Shown: positions 11,067 through 20,738 of the stretch, piece after piece
How the letters are laid out: every line of letters begins with the position of its first letter
Numbering within the stretch: the first letter of the stretch is position 1
Assembly: GCA_963758525.1 (NCBI GenBank)
Contig: CAVWVQ010000003.1
Location: forward strand, 1,792,001-1,856,000
Direction: 5' to 3'
DNA: 64,000 nucleotides
Origin: an uncultured Phycisphaerales bacterium
GTDB taxonomy: Bacteria; Planctomycetota; Phycisphaerae; Tepidisphaerales; Tepidisphaeraceae
Made by a program: the position numbers and the translations under genes
Notes under the pieces: model-generated
Database searches by the model: none
Seen by the model: only the letters and a program-made list of their open reading frames with translations
Told to the model about the DNA's origin: nothing

Positions 11067-12503
11067 ATGAATTCTCACCGTCGGGATTTTTTGAAGGGGC
11101 TTGGGGCGGCGACGTTGTCGGCGATGACCGCGGGAGCGCCGCGGTTGTTCGCGGAGGCTTCGGCAAGCGGTCCTGCGCGGCTGGAGAAGATCGCGCCCAC
11201 CGCTGATACGCTGATCGTGCTGTGGATGGCCGGGGGCATGGCGCATACGGAGACGTTTGATCCGAAGCGTTACACGCCTTTTGAAAAGGGGACGCCGTCG
11301 AACCGCGTGCTGAGTACATTTCCGAGCATCGATACGGCGGTCGACGGGATCAAATTTTCGCAGGGGCTGGAGCGCATCGCGTCGGTGATGGATCGCGGGG
11401 CGCTGATTCGGACGTACAACGCGGCGGATCTGGGCGCGATCTTGCACTCGCGGCATCAATTTGCATGGCACACGGGTTATGCGCCGCCACAGACGGTTGC
11501 CGCCCCGCACATTGGGGCGTGGGTGGCCAAGGCGCTGGGTCCGGTCAATCCGGCGATCCCGTCGTTCATTGACATCGGGCAACGGCTCGATCTGGGCGAA
11601 GGGGAGGAACTGAAGGCGTTTCACACCGGCGGATTCTTCGGCAGCGAGTTCGGGCCGTTCCTGATTCCCGAGCCGGCGGAGGCGATGAACGGCGTGCGCC
11701 CGCCCAAGGGAATGAGTCCCGCGCGATTTCAAAACCGGGAGCGGTTCTACAAGCAGCTCGTTGCGGAAAGCCCGATCGGCCGGTCGGGATCGGATTATCA
11801 GAAGGAGTCGCTCCTGCGGGCGATGGACAACGCGGATCGGCTCCTCAATTCGCCGTCAGCGTCCGCGTTCGACTTGTCGCGGGAGCCGAAGGAAAGCTAC
11901 GACGCGTACAACACCGGGCGTTTTGGGCTCGGCTGTTTGCTTGCCAGGCGCCTTACGCAGGCGGGCGCCCGGTTCATCGAAGTCACGACCGAGTACATTC
12001 CGTTCCTGAATTGGGACACTCACGCGAAGGGACACGAGATCGCGGTGACGATGAAGAAGCAGATCGATGCGCCGGTGGCCCAGTTGGTGCTGGATCTGGA
12101 GAAGAGCGGGCACCTCGACCGCACGCTGATTGTTTTAGCCAGCGAGTTCAGCCGGGACATGATGCTCGAAGGGAGCCCCGGGAAGAAGGTGAAAGACCAG
12201 GTGCAGGTGCCCGATCTGATGGAGAAGCCGGAGAACTACGGCATGCACCGGCATTTCACTGGGGCGGGCTCGGTCCTGCTGTTCGGCGGGGGAATCAAGA
12301 AGGGCTTTTTGTATGGGAAAACCGCGGATGAGCGGCCTTGCACGACGCTTGAACATCCGGTGGTGATCGAGGATCTGCATGCGACGATCTATCGTGCGAT
12401 GGGGATCTCGCCGAAGCTGGCGTATGAGATCGAGCGACGGCCGTTTTACTCAACGCGCGACGGGTCGGGGAAAGCGATCATGGAACTGTTCGCCAGGGGG
12501 TGA
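11067..12503 (+). CDS. DUF1501 domain protein (Tat signal)
   Basis: MNSHRRDFL Tat motif; LWMAGGMAHTETFDPK; GCLLARRL; WDTH; usual partner of PSD1 proteins. Confidence 0.9.
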   Translation: MNSHRRDFLKGLGAATLSAMTAGAPRLFAEASASGPARLEKIAPTADTLIVLWMAGGMAHTETFDPKRYTPFEKGTPSNRVLSTFPSIDTAVDGIKFSQGLERIASVMDRGALIRTYNAADLGAILHSRHQFAWHTGYAPPQTVAAPHIGAWVAKALGPVNPAIPSFIDIGQRLDLGEGEELKAFHTGGFFGSEFGPFLIPEPAEAMNGVRPPKGMSPARFQNRERFYKQLVAESPIGRSGSDYQKESLLRAMDNADRLLNSPSASAFDLSREPKESYDAYNTGRFGLGCLLARRLTQAGARFIEVTTEYIPFLNWDTHAKGHEIAVTMKKQIDAPVAQLVLDLEKSGHLDRTLIVLASEFSRDMMLEGSPGKKVKDQVQVPDLMEKPENYGMHRHFTGAGSVLLFGGGIKKGFLYGKTADERPCTTLEHPVVIEDLHATIYRAMGISPKLAYEIERRPFYSTRDGSGKAIMELFARG

Positions 12504-12520
12504 TGGGATCGCGTGGGAGC

Positions 12521-12913
12521 CTATTTGCGTTTCGGCTCGTCCCATTCAACGATCGTCGCGTCGCCCCACAGATTATCGAGATCGTAGAAACTGCGGGCAT
12601 CGGAGCTGAAGACATGGGCGACGACGTCGACAAAATCGACGACGATCCACTGGCCGCTGTCGTCGCCGACCCGAGAGAGGGCATGATTCCGCTGCGATTC
12701 GCCCAGTTCCTGGAGATCGTCGGCAACGCTTTTCATCTGACGCGGGGAAGTCCCGGTGGCCAGGATCATGTAGTCGGTGATGGGAGAAATGCCGGTGGCG
12801 TCGAGGACGCGGACATTGGAGCAGCGCGTGTTGGCAAGCAGGCGCGCGGCTTCCACTGCAAATTTGCGGGCGGCGGGCACCTTGGCGGCTTTGGTGGCGA
12901 TCGATTTGCGGAT
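12521..12913 (-). CDS. rsfS: Ribosome silencing factor RsfS (Iojap); start at GTG 12880 or possibly ATC 12913
   Basis: TDYMILATGTS.RQ, WIVVDFVDVVAHVF..DARSFYDLDNLWGDA. Confidence 0.92.
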   Translation of the reverse strand: MRKSIATKAAKVPAARKFAVEAARLLANTRCSNVRVLDATGISPITDYMILATGTSPRQMKSVADDLQELGESQRNHALSRVGDDSGQWIVVDFVDVVAHVFSSDARSFYDLDNLWGDATIVEWDEPKRK

Positions 12914-12939
12914 GATTCACCTCCTGAATCGCATTGGCT

Positions 12940-14458
12940 TTAATGGCCTGCCTGCAGAATATTCAATCGGGTAATCGCGTGTTTGACGTTGCGGAGGTAA
13001 GAGATGCGCTCGTCGTCATACTGGGGCTGGCGATCCCTCGCGGCCAGCGCCACGACATGCGGGAAAATTTGAAGAACTTCCTGATCGGAAAACCCCGCGA
13101 CGGACTGCCTGCCGCTGTGAGTGGGAAACGCCGCTGCCATCACCTCGTCTTCGGTGTAATAGGTGAGAACGATGCGTTCGCTAATGATCATGGCGCGTTG
13201 GTACTCGGCGATTGCGCCTGGCGCGGAGCTTGCGGGCTTCGTCGCCGGACGCCTGGCGCAGCCGCAGGTAATCGCGATCGGCATCACTCATCGAGCGATA
13301 CTCGTCGGCGTCGGCGAGCATCGAGGCATAGATCTGGAACCGCTGGGCATAAGCAGGGTTTCGGAGATGGCGCGAGATTTCCTCGCTGGTCTCCGACGCG
13401 AGCACACCCGCGCGGGCGAATTCCTGCTCCGCCAGTTGCGCCAGCCTCGGGTCGCGCGGCTCGCTGGCAAGCGGGATCGCGTCGATCGCGGCATCGCTCT
13501 CGGCGGTTGGATTTTCCAGCGTCTGGATGGCAAAAGCGCGAGCCTCGGAGGCGCGGGCTTCGGTTATTTCCTGCTGGGTCCAGGCTTGCAGCTCCAGGCC
13601 CGGGCGGCTGTCGATCACCATCGGGCTGACCTGCAGCGGCTTTTGTCCATCGACCGATTGGGCGACCTGCGCCCGCTTCGCGTAGTTGTAGGCCAGCGCC
13701 GCTGGCGGCACGCCATAAGGATAAGGGTCAAACTTCGCGAGGTATTGCAGTCGCGATCCGTCATTCCACTCTCCCTTCACGTCGGCGGGGCGCGGCCGGG
13801 TTGGAGCGAGAAGTTCCGGCAGAATGTTGTTGTTTTCATCCAGCGCGAGCGTGTTCTGCCAGAGCCGGTGAAAGTGCGTGTCGTCGGGATAGGCGACCTG
13901 CCGGTTGGTGTCGGTCATCGATTCTTCGCGCAACTGGCGGTTGTAAAACTTCTCCTCGGGCCGCGTGGGATGTCCGCCGAGCTTATTGGAGTAGATGGTC
14001 GCGATCGACTGGAGGATGTTGATATCGCCCGGCTTTTCCTTGAGCACGCTGTCGGCGTATTCCAGCGCCTGCATGATCGTCACATATTTATTGGCGGGGC
14101 TGGCCATCAGCACGCTGATGTTGTAGGCCTTGTTCCAGATCTGGAAGAGGTGAACCGTATCGAACTCCGGCTGGAGAAGCCGGATCCACTCGACCTTGGT
14201 GTCGAAATCCTCGAGATCGCGATCGGATTTTTGCGTCTCGCTGCTGGACCAGAGGAACATCACCAGCGGCCCGCGCAACCCGCCGAGCACCAGCGCCAGT
14301 GCGAAGCTGTTCATTCCGCCCACTCCGGCCAGCGGGGACGAGCCGCCCTGTCCCGCCGATTCGGCAAGCTGCCAGTCCACGCTTTCCACGCGCAACAGCG
14401 ACGCCGCCACCAGCGACACGAGCATCACGGCGATAATTCCGAACCTGCCGCGGCTCAT
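12940..14458 (-). CDS. Conserved hypothetical membrane-anchored protein of the ABC operon; frameshift near 13200
   Basis: Start overlaps permease stop; N-terminal TM with LGGLRG and Q.WNKAYNISV; C-terminus continues in the 12940..13287 frame. Confidence 0.6.
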
Positions 14459-16644
14459 GGCGCGACCTCTTTGTATCGCAGGATGATGTATCCCGCGATG
14501 GTCACGCTCAAGCCGTATATCAGCAGCGCCTCTCCCGCGTCACCGAGAACCGAAAGCGGCATGCTGATGCCGCGCTCCAGGTTGTCAGTGGCGGGGAATC
14601 GTGAAACGTCCGGCAGGATGACCGCGAGCACGCGCAAGGTCTTGGCCAATGCCTCGACCGTGCTGCTGACGACCTTCGACTCCGTTGGATCGCGCACCAG
14701 GAAGTCGGATGAAACCGTGCGTCCAACCCCGGGATTCAACGCATCGCCCAATTGCGCCACGCCCCAGTTTCCCAGCAGCAGCAGAAGCGAGAGGACGATC
14801 GCGATCGGCCAGGACAAAAACGTGCTGCAGAAGACGGCGATGGAGACAACGAGAATCGAAAGCATCCACAAGATCAGAAAGCTCTTCAGCACGTTGCCGG
14901 AGAAGCTGCGATCGGCGGTGATCAGGGCCACAGAATCGTGCTGAACGTCAATCCACTGCTCATCGGTCCGTCCGCGCAGCTGCACGTCAAAGTCGCCGCC
15001 CTGCACGTCCTCGGCAGGCACGTCGAAGAATGTCATGCGATTAATCTCCGGCGTCACGCGAACCGCGCCGGAGCTCTTTCCCGTGCGCGTGTTGACAACC
15101 GTCAGTTCGACAACCGACTGCGAGGTGCCATTGTCAGCAAAATCCCCGGTCCGCTCCATCTTGACGGCAAGCTGAAATGCCGCTTTTCCCCCGGCGGGAG
15201 GCGTGTAGGACGCGCCGCGGAACGAGAAGACCGCAACACTTTGCACCTCGCCGGAGGTCCCGTTCACGATCATGCCGGCCCTTCCGGGCCGGCTCAAAAA
15301 TTTCGGCTGCTCTGGCTCACCGTTGATCTGGGCGGGACGGATCGTCATCCCCTTTCCGTTGTTGGCGGCCGGGATGAAGATCAGCACCGGCAGGGGTCCC
15401 ACGCCGTATTCGACTCCCGGCGTTCCCGCGCTGACATCCACGAAAAATTCGGGAAGCTCGGCCAACGAACCGACGGCCTTGTCGGAAATCGCGAAACTCC
15501 CGCTGGGCCGGCCGTTGATCCCATCCACCATGTGCACCCCGCTGGCGCTGGCGCCGAGATCTTCGGGCTTCACCAGATCGCGGTCTCCCGCATTCACGAA
15601 ACGGAAGTTGAGAACGGGTGTGTACTTGGTCGGCTTGGTCTTGGGCGTCGGATTCAGCGACGGGCCGAACGGCTCCTGGGGCAACGCGTTGAGGGGCGGG
15701 ATGCCCATCCGCTCGGCGTCGGTCTGCTCCGCGGCGGACAGCGGCAGCCAGTTCACCCGCAGCGTCGTGACCAGGTCCACTTCGGCCCCTTGCGCCGCGG
15801 CGGCGGCCAGCACGCTTCGCTCTTCCTCGGTCGGCGCAGAATGCACGAGAAAGTATTGCGGCTTGCCGCCGCGCATCCAGCGCAATCCATCGGACGGCGG
15901 CCGGGAGTAGATATTGAGGTCGGTTGCAAAGTCGAAGCTTCGCGTCTCGAGAAAGCCGTGGTCGGCGTAGTGCGCCAGCGTCGCGCGGTCCGCGGAGTCG
16001 GCGGGCAGGTTCGCCAGCTGCGCCCGGACGCCTTGGACGCGGAAATAATTGCGCGCTTCGAGATACGCGTAAGTGAACAGGCCCATGATCAGGAGAATTG
16101 CCGCGGAAACGCGGGCGAATCCGATCACCTTTCCGAAGACGATTTCGAGCCGTGTGGTCGGCTTGGTGACGATGGTGAAGATGACGCGATTCTCGATCTC
16201 GCGCGGAAGATTGGTGGATGCGAGAATCAGCGCCGTGATGACAACGATCAGTCCGCTGGCAAAGACGCAGAATTTTGCGGTCTGGCGGATGGCGTCCTGA
16301 TCGTCGGAGGCCTGCTGCAACTGCGACACCACGACGAGCCCGGCGATGGCAAGGGGCGTCACGAGCAGCACCCGGCGGCGCATCGACTCGGTGAAGCAAA
16401 CTCCCGAAAGCGCCCAAATCCGCCGCCACTGCAACCGGCGCACGTCGCTGAAGCCGACGATGAACCCGGCGACCAAAATGATGATCAGCGTGATCCACCC
16501 GGCCGCATGGCCAGCGGCGGGCGGAAGATCGGCTAACGGGAACCAGAGACAAGACACAAGAAAGACTCCAATGGCGACGTGCAGCTCAGGCTCAAGAATC
16601 CCGCATGCTGCGCGCGTTTCCAATCTCTCATTCAGCGACTGCAC
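14455..16644 (-). CDS. ABC transporter permease subunit with large extracytoplasmic insert
   Basis: Multiple TM segments; LPREIENRVIFTIVTKP..RLEIVFGK motif; follows the ATPase gene. Confidence 0.8.
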   Translation of the reverse strand: MQSLNERLETRAACGILEPELHVAIGVFLVSCLWFPLADLPPAAGHAAGWITLIIILVAGFIVGFSDVRRLQWRRIWALSGVCFTESMRRRVLLVTPLAIAGLVVVSQLQQASDDQDAIRQTAKFCVFASGLIVVITALILASTNLPREIENRVIFTIVTKPTTRLEIVFGKVIGFARVSAAILLIMGLFTYAYLEARNYFRVQGVRAQLANLPADSADRATLAHYADHGFLETRSFDFATDLNIYSRPPSDGLRWMRGGKPQYFLVHSAPTEEERSVLAAAAAQGAEVDLVTTLRVNWLPLSAAEQTDAERMGIPPLNALPQEPFGPSLNPTPKTKPTKYTPVLNFRFVNAGDRDLVKPEDLGASASGVHMVDGINGRPSGSFAISDKAVGSLAELPEFFVDVSAGTPGVEYGVGPLPVLIFIPAANNGKGMTIRPAQINGEPEQPKFLSRPGRAGMIVNGTSGEVQSVAVFSFRGASYTPPAGGKAAFQLAVKMERTGDFADNGTSQSVVELTVVNTRTGKSSGAVRVTPEINRMTFFDVPAEDVQGGDFDVQLRGRTDEQWIDVQHDSVALITADRSFSGNVLKSFLILWMLSILVVSIAVFCSTFLSWPIAIVLSLLLLLGNWGVAQLGDALNPGVGRTVSSDFLVRDPTESKVVSSTVEALAKTLRVLAVILPDVSRFPATDNLERGISMPLSVLGDAGEALLIYGLSVTIAGYIILRYKEVAP

Positions 16645-16708
16645 GGGCAGCGATCACCCGCGCGGGCAGCGACCCATCAGCACGGGCGCTTCCTCGCGCC
16701 CGATCATT

Positions 16709-17589
16709 TCAAACCCGCGTCGCCGCACCGTTTCCGCTGTTTTCGCGCACCACCCGCATGAAGAGGTCTTCCAGCGTGGTGGTCGGATGCGTGATGGTCG
16801 ACTCGCCGACTCCGATCCGCGTGAGGAATTCCTGAATCTCCCGAACCTTCTCCGCGTCGAGCCCGCGCGCCTGAATCTGCGTGATGTCCTTCACCTGAAT
16901 CAGATCTTTCACCTGACCCAGCGTCTGCATTTTGCCGGCATACAGGATTGTGATGCGATCGCAAACGTCCTGCACGTCCGCCAGCAGATGACTGCAGAGA
17001 AGCACCGTCTTCCCCTGCGCTTTGAGCGAAAGAATCAGATCCTTCATCTCGCGCGTGCCGATGGGATCGAGCCCGGTGGTGGGTTCGTCCAGCAGAATCA
17101 GGTCGGGATTATTGATCAGCGCTGCGCCAGCCCAATGCGGCGGGCCATCCCTTTGGAATATTCGCGAAGCTTGCGCTTGCGGCTCTTGGCGTCGAGCCCG
17201 ACGGTGTCGAGCAGCGCCGGGACCCGGCGATTCAATTCCTTGCGGGGGATTTTGAACAGCCGGCCGTAGAAGCGGAGCGTCTCTTCGCCATTGAGGAAGC
17301 GATAGAGATACGACTCTTCAGGAAGGAACCCGATGCGCTCATTGATGGAGGTGTTGCCGGCCGGCTGACCGAGGATCGACGCCCGCCCTGCGGTGGGGAA
17401 AATAAGCCCCAGCAGCAGCTTGATGGTCGTGCTCTTTCCCGATCCGTTGGGCCCGAGCAGTCCGAACACCTCGCCGCGCGGGATCGAGAGATTCAGCCCG
17501 TCGAGCGCGCGGACTTTGTCCCGGCCCCAGAAGTCCTTGTACACCTTTGTCAGATTCTCGATCTGAACGGCGTGGTCGGCTGTGGACAT
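16709..17589 (-). CDS. ABC transporter ATP-binding protein; 1-nt frameshift near 17121
   Basis: Walker [10 protein letters not shown], signature YSKGM, Walker [12 protein letters not shown] in the shifted frame, H-loop CSHLL. Confidence 0.9.
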
Positions 17590-17606
17590 AATTCTCGAAA
17601 GTGTTG

Positions 17607-17786
17607 CTACCGCATCGGCTTGAGACGTGGCTTGCTGCGAGCGCGGCGGCGGCGCTTCTCGCTGGGCTTTTCGTAATAGGCAATGCGCTTGATGTCTTTG
17701 GTGAGACCCTCTTTTTCACACGCCTTCTTGAATCGGCGCAGCATCTGCTCGGCGGTTTCACTCCCGCGCGACTTAACCCTGATCAT
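17607..17786 (-). CDS. rpsU: 30S ribosomal protein S21 (59 aa, absent from ORF track)
   Basis: Manual translation [59 protein letters not shown]. Confidence 0.93.
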   Translation of the reverse strand: MIRVKSRGSETAEQMLRRFKKACEKEGLTKDIKRIAYYEKPSEKRRRRARSKPRLKPMR

Positions 17787-17958
17787 TCAGTCCGGTCCTT
17801 TCTCGTTTCACTCGGCCGGCAACGCCACGACAGGCTTTGCCCGGCAATGGCAATTGCGATAGTGTACCCGGGCAGCCCGCGCGATCAAGCGGCGGAGCAG
17901 AATGAGGGTTCAGGTGCCAGGGTTTTGGCCCAAATTTGGTGAGTGGCTGCCTGCCCAC

Positions 17959-18062
17959 TTTTCATTTTAGCTTTTTCATTTTTCATTTTTCATTTTGTGC
18001 CTTCCGATGGGGCTCCGAGGGGATTGAATGAAAAATGCCAAGTGAAAAATGAAAAATGAAAA
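17959..18062. repeat. 7-bp-periodic inverted repeat (TTTTCAT)n ... (ATGAAAA)n
   Basis: AT-rich arms at 17959-17996 and 18027-18062 around a ~30 nt spacer. Confidence 0.8.
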
Positions 18063-18112
18063 GGTTATGCTCGTATTTCCTGACCCCTGACACCCTGAAC
18101 CGACTCCTGACC

Positions 18113-18505
18113 ATGATACAGCAGCACACCATCACCCTGCGAGTTCGCTATCCCGAGGCCGATGCGATGGGATATTTGCATCACAGCCGCTTTTTCCAGT
18201 ACTTCGAAATGGGGCGGATCGAGCTGCTCCGCGCCGCCGGACACAATTATACCGACGTCGAGAAGCAGGGGATTTTCTTTGCCGTCGTGAAAGCAGAGTG
18301 CCGCTACAAGGCCCCCGCCCGCTTTGATGATGAACTGACCCTGCTGACTCGCATCACCCGCCAGACCCTGGTGCGGATCGACCACTCGTACGAACTCCGC
18401 CGCGGGAACATGCTGCTGGCCGAGGGGGAAACGACCATCGCGTGCGTGGATCGCCAGGGGAAGCTGGTCCAGATTCCCACCACGCTTGCTGCTCCCGAAG
18501 CATAG
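18113..18505 (+). CDS. Acyl-CoA thioesterase (YbgC/FadM family)
   Basis: RVRYPEADAMGYLHHSRFFQYFEMGR and YKAPARFDD motifs. Confidence 0.9.
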   Translation: MIQQHTITLRVRYPEADAMGYLHHSRFFQYFEMGRIELLRAAGHNYTDVEKQGIFFAVVKAECRYKAPARFDDELTLLTRITRQTLVRIDHSYELRRGNMLLAEGETTIACVDRQGKLVQIPTTLAAPEA

Positions 18506-18617
18506 ATTTCCGCGGATTTCCAAGAGCTTTGCAATATTTCAATCGGTCGGGCGTATAGAAGAGCATTCGGTGCTCATGTCGGGCGTCGATTCACACTCAA
18601 ATGTTTTGGAGGCTTCC

Positions 18618-19088
18618 ATGTTTGGTATTTCGCGGAGAGTTTTCGGCGTTATGGCGGTAGCGGCATTCGGTTGCCTGATCAGCGGCAGCCTGGTTCGCGG
18701 CGATGACACGCCGACCGGCACGGGAACGATCACCGGCACCGTCACCACCAAGTCTTCGACCGGCGACACGACCCCCGTTGCGGGCGCAAAGGTCATGCTG
18801 ATGGCCCCCCGTGGCGAAGGCGCCGGCCCCACAACCAAGCCCGTACCGCAGGAGGCGCCCGCTGAAGGCGAGAAGCATCATCACGCCAAGCCGATCGCTG
18901 AAACCACCACCGGCTCCGACGGCACCTACTCTTTCACGAACATTGCCGCCGGCACCTACAACGTTGTCGCGGTGCTTAAGGGCACGGGCATGGGTCACGC
19001 CGAAGCAACTGTCGCCGCCGGCGGCTCCGTGAAGGTGGACATCACCCTCGCACCGCACGGAAAGAAGAAAGCTGCGTCGACGAACTAA
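18618..19088 (+). CDS. Secreted carboxypeptidase-regulatory-like domain protein
   Basis: GGAGG RBS; signal peptide; GTITGTV..PVAGAKV..TTTGSDGTYSFTNIAAGTY. Confidence 0.75.
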   Translation: MFGISRRVFGVMAVAAFGCLISGSLVRGDDTPTGTGTITGTVTTKSSTGDTTPVAGAKVMLMAPRGEGAGPTTKPVPQEAPAEGEKHHHAKPIAETTTGSDGTYSFTNIAAGTYNVVAVLKGTGMGHAEATVAAGGSVKVDITLAPHGKKKAASTN

Positions 19089-19147
19089 GGGAAGTTATGA
19101 GACGGGGGAAGCGGTCGCGAGCGACCGGGCTAAAAAATAGAGGATCT

Positions 19148-19181
19148 CTGGGCCGGACCACTTGGTGGTCCGGCCCAGTTT
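19148..19181 (+). terminator. Probable intrinsic terminator
   Basis: 14-bp perfect stem CTGGGCCGGACCAC/GTGGTCCGGCCCAG followed by TTT. Confidence 0.55.
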
Positions 19182-19239
19182 CGTTTGACGCACGCTGGCA
19201 ATCTGTAATCGCCGTCATCCTTTGGAAAACTGCGTCGCC

Positions 19240-19366
19240 GCGGTAAGTTGTCGGCGCCGAATCCGGCCTGTGCGAGGTAACCACTCTTGTCGTTGGTGCG
19301 CCGCCAAGCCAGAAGATAATGAGTGAGCTTTGACGGCGCGATGATGGCGTCGGGGGGTATGATCAA
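19240..19366 (-). pseudogene. 5' remnant of a DUF6883-like small protein
   Basis: AIIAPSKLTHYLL..RRTNDKSGYLAQAGF resembles a DUF6883 N-terminus; similarity ends after ~40 codons. Confidence 0.45.
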
Positions 19367-19662
19367 GCGGGCATTGCCTCTCCGACTTGATCGGAAGGTA
19401 AATCTGTGCGGCGGAGCGCAATCTCACCAATAGCAGTCTTTGAGTCAAGGAAAAGGCGTTGCCGCACCGCGTAAAGTTGCCGCTGTGATTGAGCCCAAAG
19501 TAGCCGGCGGCGCTGACGCCAATCCGGGTTCAGCGAACCCGGCTGCAGTGTGTCCGAATGTGCAATGTGCCTTCAATGACCCAATCAATTTGACCGGCGA
19601 TCTCCTTTTAAAAAAAGTGATCGGCCGATCGCGGGACGTCGCGCGATCCGTTGCAGATGGAG

Positions 19663-20655
19663 TCAAAGAACCTTCTTGTACCAATCAAGTGTTGCCTCCA
19701 GCCCTGTGGCGAAGTCCACGAGGGGCGCATATCCCAACACGCTGCTCGCACGCTCCAGCGACGCGAACGAATGCTTTAAGTCGCCGGCACGTTCCGGCTC
19801 GTGCGTGGGCGTTAGATCCGGGCGATTGAACATTTCGCACATTTTTGCGGCCAGGGTGTTGACGGAGATGCTGCTGCCGCAGCCGACGTTGATCACTTCG
19901 CCGGCGATGGTGTGCGGCTTTCGCGCGGCCAGCAGATTGGCGTGTACGGCGTTGGCGACGAAGGTGAAGTCGCGGGATTGCTCGCCATCGCCGTGAATGA
20001 TCGGGCGCTTGCCGGCGTGCAGCGCCTTGGCGAAGGCGGCGATCACCGCGGCGTAGGCGCTGTTGGCGTTTTGCCGGGGGCCGAAGATATTGAAGTAACG
20101 GAGGGAAACTGTGTCCAGGGCGTAAGACCGGCTGAAGGCGCGGAGGAGGGCCTCGCCGGCGACTTTGGTCGCGGCGTAGGGGCTGCACGCGAGGGTCGGC
20201 ATCGTCTCGATCCAGGGGACGGGATTTTCGCCATAGGCGCTGGAACTGGCAGAGAACATGACGCGGCGCACGGACCGCGCATCGCGCGCGGCTTCGAGCA
20301 CGTTGAGCGTTCCGGTGGCGTTGGCCTCGTGAAACTTGCGCGGCTCAGCCACGCTGTGCGGCACGGAACCCAGGGCGGCCAGATGGAACACCACCTCACA
20401 ATTCCGCGTGCATTCGGCCAGCAATTCGCGATCGAGGATGGAGCCCCTGACGAACTCGACGGGGCCAAACGATGCGAGATTCCCGGTGTCTCCCCCGCTC
20501 AGGTCGTCGAGGACGACCACGGACGCGCCCAGCGCGCACAGTGCCTCGGCCAGGTGTGAGCCAATAAATCCGGCTCCTCCGGTGACCAGAGCGCGGCGTC
20601 CCGCAAAATCGTTTCCGTGCAATCGCCGCCAATCAATGGGGAGAATCTGCTGCAT
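19663..20655 (-). CDS. NAD-dependent epimerase/dehydratase (extended SDR)
   Basis: VTGGAGFIGSHL, SSSAYG, YAATK, LRYFNIFGPRQ. Confidence 0.93.
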   Translation of the reverse strand: MQQILPIDWRRLHGNDFAGRRALVTGGAGFIGSHLAEALCALGASVVVLDDLSGGDTGNLASFGPVEFVRGSILDRELLAECTRNCEVVFHLAALGSVPHSVAEPRKFHEANATGTLNVLEAARDARSVRRVMFSASSSAYGENPVPWIETMPTLACSPYAATKVAGEALLRAFSRSYALDTVSLRYFNIFGPRQNANSAYAAVIAAFAKALHAGKRPIIHGDGEQSRDFTFVANAVHANLLAARKPHTIAGEVINVGCGSSISVNTLAAKMCEMFNRPDLTPTHEPERAGDLKHSFASLERASSVLGYAPLVDFATGLEATLDWYKKVL

Positions 20656-20738
20656 CTCTTTCAAACTCCAGACCGCCCCGCTGCAATCCCTTTCATAAAG
20701 CGTCGATGGGGATTGTAATAGCTGATCGAGGCTTTGGC

